This document shows positions 11,015 through 22,773 of a DNA stretch of 35,637 bases, one piece after another. Origin of the DNA: Octopus bimaculoides (Eukaryota); contig NC_068983.1 in NCBI RefSeq assembly GCF_001194135.2, forward strand, positions 154,506,144-154,541,780, read 5' to 3'. Both the position numbers and the translations under genes were made by a program. Below the pieces are notes generated by a model. It was not told the DNA's origin, did no database searches, and saw only the letters and a list, made by a program, of their open reading frames with translations. Positions within the stretch are counted from its first letter, which is position 1; each line of letters opens with the position of its first letter.

Positions 11015-11119
11015 TATGTATGTGTGTATATATACTTATGAAGTTGTATGTATGTATGTATGTGTGTATGTATGTATGTATGTGTGTATGTATGTATGTA
11101 TGTATGTATGTATACTTAC

Positions 11120-11157
11120 GAAGTTGAAATAAACAGTTTAGAAATTCGTGCTCGAAC
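11120..11157 (-). CDS. Candidate 38-nt coding exon (xRFEHEFLNCLFQL), product unknown
   Basis: TACTAAC branch point about 25 nt upstream of CAG, GTAAGT donor, one open frame (phase 2 to phase 1). The pyrimidine tract is weak. Confidence 0.35.
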
Positions 11158-11617
11158 CTGCCACGACGCACATAGAATGAGTTAGTACATTATCAAATAT
11201 AGGGAATAGAGTACGAAGATGTGTCTAAAACCGAAAAACAGTGGAAGTGGGCAAGATTCATATACTGAAGCTGCTGAATAACGGTAAAAAAAAAACATTT
11301 TTGTTCTTATATAAAAAAAAAAAAACATCATATACTCTAAGTACTGCTAAAGCATTTTAATCTAAATGGAAGAAAACTTTAGAGAAAGACGTTGGTTATA
11401 CAAGCAAAAGAAAAAATTAAATTTGAATTAAGGCACTTTTTATTGAGTTAAGGAACTAAAGAATCCGAAATCAATCTAAAAACACGTTTTAAGCATTATA
11501 GTATACGCATAATTAAATAAGATGCTTTGTTTTAGCTGAAGTAGTTTGTGGACTGTAGCAGCACTGGGAACAGTAGACTGTATAATTAAATATTACGATA
11601 AATAAAAGCACAAAAAA

Positions 11618-12262
11618 GGAAGATTTATTGATAAATCTCCGCAAAACAAGGAACTGTTATAAACTGGTATTACCTTCCGGAATGTTTTTCAGAGGAACAA
11701 AGACACAAAACTGCATCGTTGGAATGTAGATAACAAAAACAGTGTCGCATTTTTAACTTGACAAAAGTATTGCATATTTTTACTGTTGCACTTACTGATT
11801 GTATATGTAATCCACGAATTAGTTGATTTCTTTTTCTGAAAATCTTAGTTTATCCATATTATCATTTAGACATTTACTCACAAACCCAAGTGCAGTAATT
11901 GTTATAGTTATAAACATGAATTTATAATCTGGATATAGGAGCTGGATATTACGGAACCTTTGTTCATAGTATTTCTATATTTTCAAAATGATATTCACAT
12001 CAGTTGGATAGCTGACCTTTATGATAGTATTTTTCTTATCTGTCCGAAACAACTCTTGATATATATTTTGTTGGAAATGTTCTACCAGTATTCTTTCAGA
12101 TGATGCATGTGCACGTTTCCATTAACAACGGGGTTCTCTATATATATTCCAGGACAGTCTTTTTTCTCCGAATGGCATTATATTGAGATTTTCGTCCGAA
12201 TGGCATTATATTGAGATTTTCTGTCTTCCACAGAAATATATCATAATCTACATTGTTCGTTA
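11618..12262 (-). mobile_element. R4/Dong-like element, copy 2 (diverged subfamily, 3' fragment)
   Basis: The minus strand reads YNAIRRK...EYW*N...VSYPTDVNI...RNIQLLYPDYKFMFITITITALGFV...VKICNTFVK. The 3' UTR aligns with copies 1 and 3 up to CAATAAA. Confidence 0.85.
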
Positions 12263-12280
12263 TGTATACATGTAAGCATT

Positions 12281-12332
<52 letters not shown>

Positions 12333-13777
12333 CGTGTGTAAATATGTGTGTATGTATATGTATGTGTATCGATACACCTACATTCAATTATACATATCGA
12401 TCGTATTTGTAAATACCTGTGTATGAGGCGCTGTAGATAATATATTTAATGGAGTTGCACTTTCAAATTTCATGTAAAAAAAAATCAACACAGTTGGTTA
12501 TATTTCCAGAGGTGAAAATGTATAAAAACACGTATCTCTTAAAGTAATATTAGTTATTACACAACGTCAAATTGATAACGCTCTTCGTAATTTACGATTT
12601 ATTGTTATACATAAATAGGTAAAAGTTATTATTATGGAATTACATAGTTAAGCACATCACTCGTAAAAAATACGATATCATTTTGAAGAAGAAAATTAAA
12701 ACTTGTAAGATTTCTTCTGGAAATGGATTAAAGCGAAGTGGAATTGGTTGCAAATTAGGATGAGTGGATAAGAACTATTATAGTAAGTCTGGTAGACAAC
12801 CAAAAACATATATAAAAAGCCATCGAATATTCTGTTATAATTCGTAGGTACGAAACTAAACGATCGGTTAATTTAGAAATAGTCAAAAACCAGTTGAGGA
12901 AAAATTATTTTCACTTATATTTTATTTAATCAAGCTAAATCACTAGAATGAAGGTTGATAAGGAATTTTTCGGGAAGCAACGTTCGTGATTAAATTACTA
13001 TAATGACTTGAGGTAGAGAAAACTATTTAAACATATAAGCTGTAAAATATATAAGATGTCGAAGTGGAACTTTATTACAATAAAAATGTCTTCATTGTTT
13101 GCTATTATATACAGAGATTATCTGAAGATATTTTTAGAAAGTAAAAACGTTGTAATGATTAAGAAAATTATAGTGTGAGATACTATCTTTTGCATTGTGA
13201 CACTAAATTTTATATTGAAATGCTTTATTAAGAAAGTACTAATATACTAGAAAGAATAGTTTTGTGTTTTGATTAAAGTAATACAAATTAGAGATATACT
13301 GCATTTGAAATATTGCAGCAGAAATGTTTGTTAGTGAACAGGTCATAGTTTCGCTGACGAAAATTTTGACTCAATATTACAAATAAATGTTTCAGTGAAG
13401 TTGACAGTCTTCATGTGTTGCTGAATGACTAACATGTGTCCTCCATGCTGCAATCGCTCTGATACTTTAAACAGCTAAATAGCTTATTTTTACAAGACGT
13501 GACTAATACTATTTGTCAGATAGTTAATTAGTTTTGAGAATAGAGTTCACATTTAGACATTCGAGATTAACAGGGTTTTTCTCGTTTATGTTGTGTTCTG
13601 CAAGAGATAAAAATTTTTGAATTGACATTAACTGACATCAAATATCACAAAGGTCCCCAAAATGAGGTACTGTTTTATTTTCTTTTTAGGCTTCTAAATA
13701 TGTGTATATGTTGATAAAAATGTTCTTGAACAAGTCGGTTAAACCAATACATGATAATTATTAAACTAACTCATATC

Positions 13778-13783
<6 letters not shown>

Positions 13784-13823
<40 letters not shown>

Positions 13824-13844
13824 TGTATGTGTGTATGTGTGTGC

Positions 13845-13929
<85 letters not shown>
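13784..13929 (+). repeat. (TG)n microsatellite
   Basis: Visible directly. One of dozens of (TG)n, (TA)n, (GA)n, (GATA)n and (TATG)n tracts in the window. Confidence 0.98.
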
Positions 13930-13930
<1 letters not shown>

Positions 13931-14790
13931 ATGTATGCACGCATGCATATATATACAGGTTGAATAACTTATGATAACTGTGGTTTGGAGGGAAGTGCTA
14001 AACTTCTTCAACTGCTATTTTTTATAGCCAACACTGTAAACTGCAGGCTGTCACATACTATATATCCCACTCTATATATCTATGTTTCGTACTGGTAAGT
14101 TTAAATCTTAATCTAGATAATATTTTACCCTTTCCCTCTATTACAATTTGCCTTAAATGTTTCGTTGTAATACTTCCTTTACTTCAAAAGTTATCTTCAA
14201 CAATATTATAGAGGCTGGAGAATTGTAAATATATTAATGCTTTTTTACTTTTAGAACACATATTTTGATTTATCTGTGTAGTGTCGCAATAAGGAAACGC
14301 ACAGAATCTGTCAGAATCTATAGGAGATTTGTTGGCTAAAGTTACCTAATAATAATAAAAAATCTGTTGTCTTGATATAACCGCCGGACCAAAGACAGAT
14401 GGGAACATTTGTGAGACATTTAACGTATACAATCCATTAACATTTCTGATATCAGCGGATTCTTTTAACTCAATACTAACGTCTAATAACACAGTATTTT
14501 ATTTCTTCATCCACTTAGAGTTGTCATAGAAGTGACAAGATCTTGTAGCTGTAATATAATGTCGTTTTCTGTATTATTAATAAAGGTAGCAGATTTAACT
14601 TAAGTTCAGCTGTAAGGATACGTTCTGTCAACATAGGACAGTAATCTTTCTCGTCAAATTAGAAAACATGACATTTTTTATCAAGGACAGTATCACACCA
14701 CGCAGTTTCCAAATTTGAATTATTCTAATGAGGAAAGTGTAATTTAAGCTACATTTTACGGTTGTTAAAATTTATTATGTTCATGATAAT

Positions 14791-15011
14791 GAAGGTGGTG
14801 AACTGGCAGAATCTTTATCAACCTGGACGAAATGTTTAGCGGTATTTTGCCCATTGCTACGTTCTGGGTTAAAATTCCACCGAGGTTGACTGTGCCTTTC
14901 ACTTTTTCCGGGTCGATAAACTGAGTACCAGTGAAACACTGGAGTCGATGTAATCGACTAGTCCCCCTCTCCACAAATTGCAGGCCTTGTGCCTGTAATA
15001 GAAAAGATTAT
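14791..15011 (+). mobile_element. SINE family B (tRNA-derived), near full length
   Basis: TGGCAGAATC A-box, GGGTTAAAATTCC B-box variant, central GTTGACTGTGCCTTTCAC...GGGTCGATAAACTGAGTACCAG, tail GGCCTTGTGCC. Confidence 0.9.
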
Positions 15012-15149
15012 GCTCATGACTGGACATTTGAATCTCTTTTGAAAGGAGAAGGTAGTTTGTAGATTAACGTTATGACCTTTAAAAGTAAATTATGATTCCT
15101 ATGTTATCGATCTCCCATCCCACTTTGCTATAAATATATAATCCTTTGT

Positions 15150-15365
15150 AAGACGGTATGATGGCAGAATCGTTAGCACACCGGACAAAAGCCTAGCGGC
15201 ATTTCGTCAGTTTTTGCATTCTGAGTTCAAATTCCTCCGAGGTTGACTTTGCCTTTCTTCCTTTCATATCGATAAAAAAGTACCATTTGAAAACGGGGTT
15301 CGATGTGATCGACTTATCCTCTCCCTCGGTATTACTGGCCTTGTGCCAAAATCTGAAACCAGTAT
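15150..15365 (+). mobile_element. SINE family B, near full length
   Basis: TGGCAGAATCGTTAGC, GAGTTCAAATTCC B-box, GTTGACTTTGCCTTTC, GGCCTTGTGCCAAAA. Colinear with 14791-15011. Confidence 0.9.
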
Positions 15366-16024
15366 ATTTAGTTCTTTATAATTTGGCAGTAGAATTTGTA
15401 CCATTTATTACGTTTTAGATTTATTTATAAAGATTAGTGATAGAATTAGATAGACACTGGTAGTCGATTATCTCATAAGTCTTTTGTCTTATTGGAATTG
15501 ATAAAAATGCTATTGTTTCTTTTTTTTTTTTTTTTAATCAGATACCGAATTTCTCTTCGAAAGGGATTTACGTTTCTTCTGAATTTGATATTCTTGATTA
15601 TAAGAAATAGATCATCTTTTACTAAATTATTAGGACGAAGACATATACTGACTTGAACCGTAATTGATTTTCGCTGTATCGGAAATCTTTTGTTCATTTT
15701 TCGGTTTTTCTTCGTTTCTTCTTTTTTTTTTTTTCGTTCAAAAAATGTATTGTCTGCATCATCACAGTCTTTAGTTTTCTGTAGTTAATATTTCAGATAA
15801 TTCATCTTTTTAAAAGCAGGAACTTTTTTGTTACATTTTAAGGTACTTAGTTTTATATTCAGAATGGTTCTGCCATAAAATAGAACCTATGTTTATACAA
15901 CTTATGTTTCTAAAAGCAAACAAAAAAATAACTGAATAAAATTATATACATGATACACAGATACTTATCTATATTTTAAAACGATGGAACCTGAATTTGG
16001 CTCCACTCGCTGTGTTAGAAGAAT

Positions 16025-16272
16025 ACTCTTTTACTCTTTTACTTGTTTCAGTCATTTGACTGCAGCCATGCTGGAGCACCGCCTTTAGTCGAGCAAATCG
16101 ACCCCAGGACTTATTCTTTGTAAGCTTAGTACTTATTTTATAGGTCTATTTTGCCGAACCGCTAAGTTAAGGGGACGTAAACACACCACCTTCGGTTGTC
16201 AAGCGATGTTGGTGGGACAAACACAGACGCACAAACATATACACACACTATATATATATATATATATATACA
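16025..16272 (-). mobile_element. SINE family A, 3' half up to its internal microsatellite
   Basis: Reverse complement matches 35200-35453 closely. Confidence 0.92.
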
Positions 16273-16695
16273 CAAAAGAATACGTACTCTGAACTATTGA
16301 GAAATCTTCAGTTACCCAATCCAGGTTACAAGTTCAGGTTTCTATCTGTAATTATTGAGGCACTGGTATACGTAAATATCAATCTTGAGAAATTAGGATT
16401 CTCAAAACCAGAAATGATTCGAAGACTACAGATCCAATCCATCACTGGAGCTATAATAATCTGTAATACTCTCCAGGAGTTTATCATTTAAGTATATATA
16501 AACATGTTTAGGTATGCAAGTACATGCAAGAGAATACATACATTAAATAAAACATACAAATCTGCACGTATACATACATACATACATACATACCTTCTTG
16601 TTGATATTGAAATTTCAATGAAGGATCCATCGGTCTAGTTTAGAAACCGGTTCTTTCTCTATTGGCAAGAAATTTTGAATTAAACTGAATAATGA
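16273..16695 (+). mobile_element. R4/Dong-like element, copy 3 (5'-truncated) followed by (CATA)n
   Basis: TYSELLRNLQLPNPGYKFRFLSVIIEALVYV...ICNTLQEFII* matches copy 1. Same 3' UTR, ending TAAACTGAATAATGA, then (CATA)10 from 16696. Confidence 0.92.
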
Positions 16696-17507
16696 CATAC
16701 ATACATACATACATACATACATACATACATACATACATGCATGCATGCATGCGTGTATGTATGCATCCTACTTAAAATTATTTTAATATTTTTGAGTTTT
16801 TACATCTCCTTTCAACACATTTTCACTGCTTTCCAAAAGAAATATACTTGGATTTATACACACTTTTCTCACTCAACACATGTTGTAATGCATTACAATC
16901 TTTGAAATGTTTCTTTTTTTATCTATCTTTTCGTAGAATTTTGTATAGATTTCATATTTTATATTACTTTTGAATGTCGCGTTTCATTTTACCTTTTGTT
17001 GTTTTCATCTATAAACAAAAACGCTCATCAATAAACGTTCAGATCTATATAATAATACATTTAGTATGTTTAGAATATCTGTTTAGATAGCTTTATAACT
17101 CTTAGTATTTTCGTCTGAATGAATAAAATAGACATAATTAAGAGTTAGACATATTTTTATTTAACCCTCACTCCTTTTCAAAGATTTTTGTGTTTAACTT
17201 ACACAAGTATTTTTCAATTAAGAATAAAGTAAGTAATTTTGCTTTTATAACAAACAAAATATGCTCGATTACTGTACGTTTTTTCTCATTTTTTTTTCTT
17301 TTTCTATTGCTGAAGCCTTGTGATATTTTCCAGTATCTAGCATATAAAGTACTTCTTTTATTGAAATACTTATAGTCTTCGGTCCATAGTGTATTTGACT
17401 TAGATACAAGTATTTGTTTCTTTTTCTTGTCATGAAATAATTTTAATCCACCAAATATTACTGATAAAAATTCTTATGAAAATTTTAGATTTTATAATCA
17501 TTTAATT

Positions 17508-17548
<41 letters not shown>

Positions 17549-18871
17549 TTTTTAATAAAAATTTTGTAAATATTGTATTAAAATGAACGCAGTTTTTGCT
17601 TTTGTCTGTTTTTGTTTTGTTTCTTGTTTTGTTTTGCTTTTTGACGTCATAATACGATAAAATTTTCAAAACTAAAATTAATCCATTTTAAAATGAAAAT
17701 CTTTTATAGAAATTTACTTTGCAATATCAGTTTTTCAATTCTCGCCAAAGATATCTGTTATTAATGAGTACTAAAATTAACCCTTTTTAAAATACCAAAG
17801 CAAAAAACCGCATTTTATAGATTTTATGCTAAAATAAATACTTCAACTTTGCAAAACTACTTTTTTCCCAAGTCTTGCTAATAACATCCATTTCTAATGA
17901 ATACTGTATCTTTTAAATTTAGAATCATTAGTCATAAATTTCGTTCTTAAGGGGTTTTTTTCCCTTCATTACTGATAATAATTCTCTACCGATGTCACCA
18001 ATTGCTCACATTTGTAATTCTTCTAACTAGGATATATATATATATAACTACGAGAATATAAAGTTACACAGAAAGAGAACAAAGGAACATATGGAAAACA
18101 AACAGAAAAGGTGTAGACACTCTCATCCTTTATCAGTTATCGACCAAAATTCATTTTAATTTCACATCATTATCGATAAGGTTGTTCATTTTGGTGGTGT
18201 CAACAGCAAAAAACGCTACCGGTATATGTGAGGGGACATAGAGGACAGAATGAGATCAATGCAAAAATGACAGCGCCTGTAGACCAAACGGTAAAAACTG
18301 AAAAGCAAGGACAGTAAGTAGAAAATAAAGTATACAGGTATTATTTTATGTATATGTGGAAGGTCTTTCGGCCGTACGACAAAATTATGACAAGATGTAA
18401 TGAAAAACAACACACACACACGCACACATATATGCATGTATGTATCTGTATATATATGTATGTGCGTGTGAGAGTGTATGTGTGTGGATGTGTGTGTATA
18501 TGCGCATGTATTTAGAAGGCCTTTCGGCTATAAGACAGCATCAAGACAGGACATGCGCAGTAGTAATGCTAAAAAGAGAATGCTGCCCTTAAGGACTGAG
18601 GGAAAAAGATAGAAAGATAGATATATGGGAAGGAAGCGAAGAAAGATGGAAAGAAAGAAGGGATAGAAACCAGTTCTTCTAACTCATTCTACATTTCTAT
18701 AGAAAGCCATACCATTCTGGAGAGTGTTAATTTTCATCATGTTCTGAATATCTAGAAATACATTTGCAGCTGATTTTCAGTTATACCTGTATAACACTTA
18801 TACATCCAGAACCGTCTAGTCGAATAATCTGTAATTTTTACATGTCGACATGAAATAATGCTGAAGTAATT

Positions 18872-19120
18872 ATCCATAGATCCATCCATTTTTTCTGCCC
18901 AGTATTTTGGGCCGTTTGGGAGCAGAGTTCTCAGTCATCTCTTCTATACAGTCCTATCAAAAGCAACCGTCATCAGATTTTCTGGTTGAATCCCAAAGCG
19001 TGACTAACTAGGACTAAGGATATTAACCAATCGTCTTATTTTGGGTCTACTCCCAAGTCTCCTATCCATTGGCTTAGCATAAAGAAACCGTTTTGCGAGA
19101 CAAATCTGCGACATTCTGTG
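18872..19120 (-). mobile_element. RTE-clade (Rex3/Expander-like) LINE 3' end
   Basis: The minus strand reads HRMSQICLAKRFLYAKPMDRRLGSRPKIRRLVNILSPS*SRFGIQPENLMTVAFDRTV*KR*LRTLLP, resembling the RTE C-terminus (GRRPRGRPRTRW...WERLGIPPEEL...LLRLLPPRP), with an ATGGATGG tail. Confidence 0.75.
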
Positions 19121-19214
19121 GAGTGTTCAGCCACTTGCACATTAATTTCACGAGCAGACTATTCCGTTGATCGGACCAACTAGAAATATTGTCGTCATAA
19201 CCAACGGAGTGCCA
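19116..19214 (+). mobile_element. Probable 3' tail of SINE family C
   Basis: GTGGAGTGTTCAGCCACTTGCACATTAATTTCACGAGC...CGGAGTGCCA. Recognised from memory of Octopus repeats. No second copy is visible because the 33451 copy runs into a gap. Confidence 0.45.
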
Positions 19215-19710
19215 GATTTTGTGACATGCTCATCGCGTGTCCGTAATGTTGTAGCTGTGACTTCTCAATGCGAAGAATTAGCAGCTCAACTTAGGGAGAG
19301 AGATTTCCTGATCTTCGAGCTTTGCACCCTGTCGAAGTACATTATATCCTTCAGAGGAACCCATTTTCGGCTGCTTGTATTCGTGATCATACATTTTTAG
19401 TTATTCAATACCTAACATTGATGATTATAGATGAGAGTACGCACAAAAACTGAAACTATTATTAAATTATTAAAAATATATATTTACTTTTTCATTACTT
19501 TAAATTTTATTTTTTAATCTAATAATCAATTCATGCACATTTTTATTGATCACGATGAAATAGATGCATCAGGTTTCTGAATATATTTTGACCATTAACT
19601 GTATCATTTCTAGAAGTAAAGAGATCAAAATATATAATTTACAAACTTAAAATTCCACAAAGACTTTGTAATGACCTAATATGAATGTGTATGTATGCGT
19701 ATATGTTTAC

Positions 19711-19755
<45 letters not shown>

Positions 19756-19835
19756 GATAGATAGATATTCCTACATGATGTCTTCATTTGAAACCGATTG
19801 TAATTAACAAGGCTGCAAGCACACCAACGCAATAC

Positions 19836-19897
<62 letters not shown>

Positions 19898-20796
19898 TCT
19901 TCTTTCCTGTCAAACGATAAGAGAAAATCCAAAAGGTTAGATCCTTCATTTCTTAAAGTCAGTTGAAGTAATCGATCTTGTATAAGATCCCTGCTATAAA
20001 TTAACAACTATTTAGTTTTGTTTTGTCGCGTTTTGTTTTTTGTTTTGTTTTGTGTTTTGACTTTTTTTTTTACATTAATTATTCAAAGGAAGTTAGGCAG
20101 CGCCAATCATCCCATTAAGCGCCTCTGAAAAATGTATGATCGAAGGATAAAACTATCTTCAACCTTGTGGTCTGGCTTGAATACAAAATGCATCGTTAAA
20201 CCGAGTAATAATTGAGGTCTATCTCATTAGCTTCATTACCGAGTTTTAATTCTTTTGTTGATACAGAATTGATATAGATAAAGTTCTGTGTCATTCCATG
20301 TTGGAGACTGAGCTATGATTGAGTTGGCCACTGTTTGGACCCCACCCCTATTCAGTTCTCTCTCTAACATACCAGTGTAATTACGCCGAAAGAAAGCCAG
20401 CATTTTTTGTAAGCCAGCTGGTAATTAACTCTACCTGGATTTAGGACCAATTGAAACGGTAGCCAAGACTTCCACCTACAATATCCTGTACTTTTCGTAA
20501 GCCAGCAGGTAATTTCTACATGTACTTATGATCTATTGAACTTTTCGCCAATTCTTCCTCCTAAAATACCCTGTCATTTGAAACAAAGAAACAATATTTC
20601 AGATAAAGTTGCCAGATATACCACTTTTAACCAAATTTTCCTATTTAAATACCCTGTCATACTTCAGTTATAATTACCCGTCATACCACTAAAAATGCTT
20701 TTGTTTATATGTCTACTTGATAAAAGTTTATCTGGAGCCAAGCAACAGTTTTATGACTTCATGACCCACCTTAAGAACTTCTACGTAGCACTCGTT

Positions 20797-20970
20797 CTGC
20801 TAGAAATGCAAGCCACATTTTCAATTCACTCTACAGTCTTGGAATCGGAGGGACATATTAGATAATGTAGTCCAAGATATGCAGTGGCCATGAGAATGAT
20901 GAAATGGCCAAGGCTCGAATAGCTTTGGTCATCGCTGTGTTCATGCAACGCTGATCTGTAAATAAACAAC
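20797..20970 (+). repeat. Unclassified repeat family D with (CAA)-like tail
   Basis: Aligns along ~175 bp with 31744-31920 (ATGGCCAAGGCTCGAATAGCTTTGGTCAT vs ATGGTTAGGGCTGGATTGCCTTTGCTCAT). Confidence 0.65.
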
Positions 20971-21280
20971 AAAACAACACCTGCGACATTATGCTTTTGC
21001 TGCAGTCTTGTACATGATTTACGTAGTTGGTCTAGCGTCTTCTTTCATAAGAGAAACTAACCAATACTCAAGGTCCCCTCCTATATTTCTGTTTCTGTTA
21101 TTTAATATTTCATATAATTAATAACATCTGGTTGATTCTTCTGTATTTTAATAAGCACGTCCGCAATATCTTAGTTTCTGGGAAGTCGATGAAATTAAAT
21201 AAGCAAAACTTGATAACCATGTACTTAAAAATACAGAAAACACATAGACTCACACAGAGAGACACACAGAAAAACAGTGG

Positions 21281-21365
<85 letters not shown>

Positions 21366-22011
21366 AAGGAAGTTACATATGTACACATATACGCATACGC
21401 ATATACATACGCAGAAAGTAATAAATATTCGTTGGTTGTCACTAGAATTGAGTTTCAGCAATGTCAAAAAATAAGTAGTAGTTTTGCAGACATCACTCGT
21501 AATATTTGGCATCGGTAACCAATTAAAACCTAAGTATGGGGAGATTATATTAGCTGTCATTCCTTATTGTTATTATCAAGACAATACAACACTTAGTATT
21601 GTGACGGAGAATAAAGAGAAACGAGAGCGGGGAGGCAGCAATGAAAGAAAGATATGGAAGACAGATGCAAATCTTATTCTGTAAAGCTCTTATAAATATC
21701 TAGGAGGCGAGTTGTGACGAATTGTAAATTCGTAAGAGGTCTAGAATGAAAATATTTATTGTTCATAATAACGTCGCAGTTTTTATTTTAATCCTAAGTT
21801 TTTTTTTTTTTTTCATTTTGCGTTCAAAGGAAGCCTGGTGTCGTCTTATTTTTTAACCTTCCAAAAGTCTAATACACAAGTACCAGTAATATATAAAGAA
21901 TTGATTTAATTAACTACATCACTAGCCTAGAACTGTGCGATCTTGTGTCAATGTAAGAAAGAATTGTACGAAAAATTCATAGTAATTTTATAAGAGTTTC
22001 CAATGCATCCC

Positions 22012-22076
22012 TTTCCAGTGAATTTCCAGTGAATCTTCCAGAGAATTTCCTTCCAGTGCATCTCCAGTGCATATCC
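22012..22076 (+). repeat. Short minisatellite, unit ~TTCCAGTG(A/C)AT
   Basis: Five to six imperfect 10-12 bp units. Confidence 0.8.
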
Positions 22077-22443
22077 TCCGGCACAACGCCTTTTCTATTT
22101 TGTCTGCTGTTGCCATGAGAAATGTTTCTATATAGTGAAAGGCAAAATTCTCCGTTAATCCATCATGCACACTATAAGTTTAGGTTTATCGCACAGAGAT
22201 ACATCCATCACATATTTGCCAGATGAAGTTAAAAACTAAAGCCTGATAATGGATGTATGAAACTTGGATAGACATGTTTCATCAAGGATCAGTCGATGAG
22301 TCTCAGAATATATCTGAGCAATAGTAAATAATTCATTGATTCACTCAAACGCAGCTTCCCAAACAAACTTATAAATTTTGTGCTTTTTTTTTAAAGAAAG
22401 CTACATACACAAATATACACACAAACATACAAGCGCACACATA

Positions 22444-22660
22444 CGAGGGAGTCCTGAAAAGTTCCAGGCTTTAAGGGTGTCACGTAAGGCCTGGTTGGAA
22501 GTTCAAACTTTCGAGTTCTTTTTACAGGGTTTAGAAAACTGAAGGACCGCGGCGATAAATGTGTGAATCTGAGAAGGGAATATGTTGAATAAAATCACAA
22601 TTAACTGATCCTCCTGTATTTTCTTTTACCAAAAACCAGGAACTTTCCAACACCCCCTCC
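22444..22660 (+). mobile_element. Mariner-derived MITE (217 bp)
   Basis: TA at 22442-22443. 25-bp TIRs CGAGGGAGTCCTGAAAAGTTCCAGG / CCAGGAACTTTCCAACACCCCCTCC (19/25 matches by my count). Internal RKLKDRGDKCVNLRREYVE* is a mariner transposase C-terminus. Confidence 0.85.
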
Positions 22661-22773
22661 CACATGGGTGAGTATGCATGCGTTTTAATAAATAATGGTT
22701 TGTTTGCAAGTTAAATAAAGAAAAAAATGTACTCAAAAAGTTTTTATTTCATAATTCGTAAATGAAATTTCCC

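Noticed and set aside
11674-11710. 37-nt minus-strand exon-like segment with an AAG|GTAATA donor, phase-compatible with the 38-nt exon
   Set aside because: It aligns with the 3' UTR of the R4-like copies, so it is element-derived. Exonisation cannot be excluded without RNA data.
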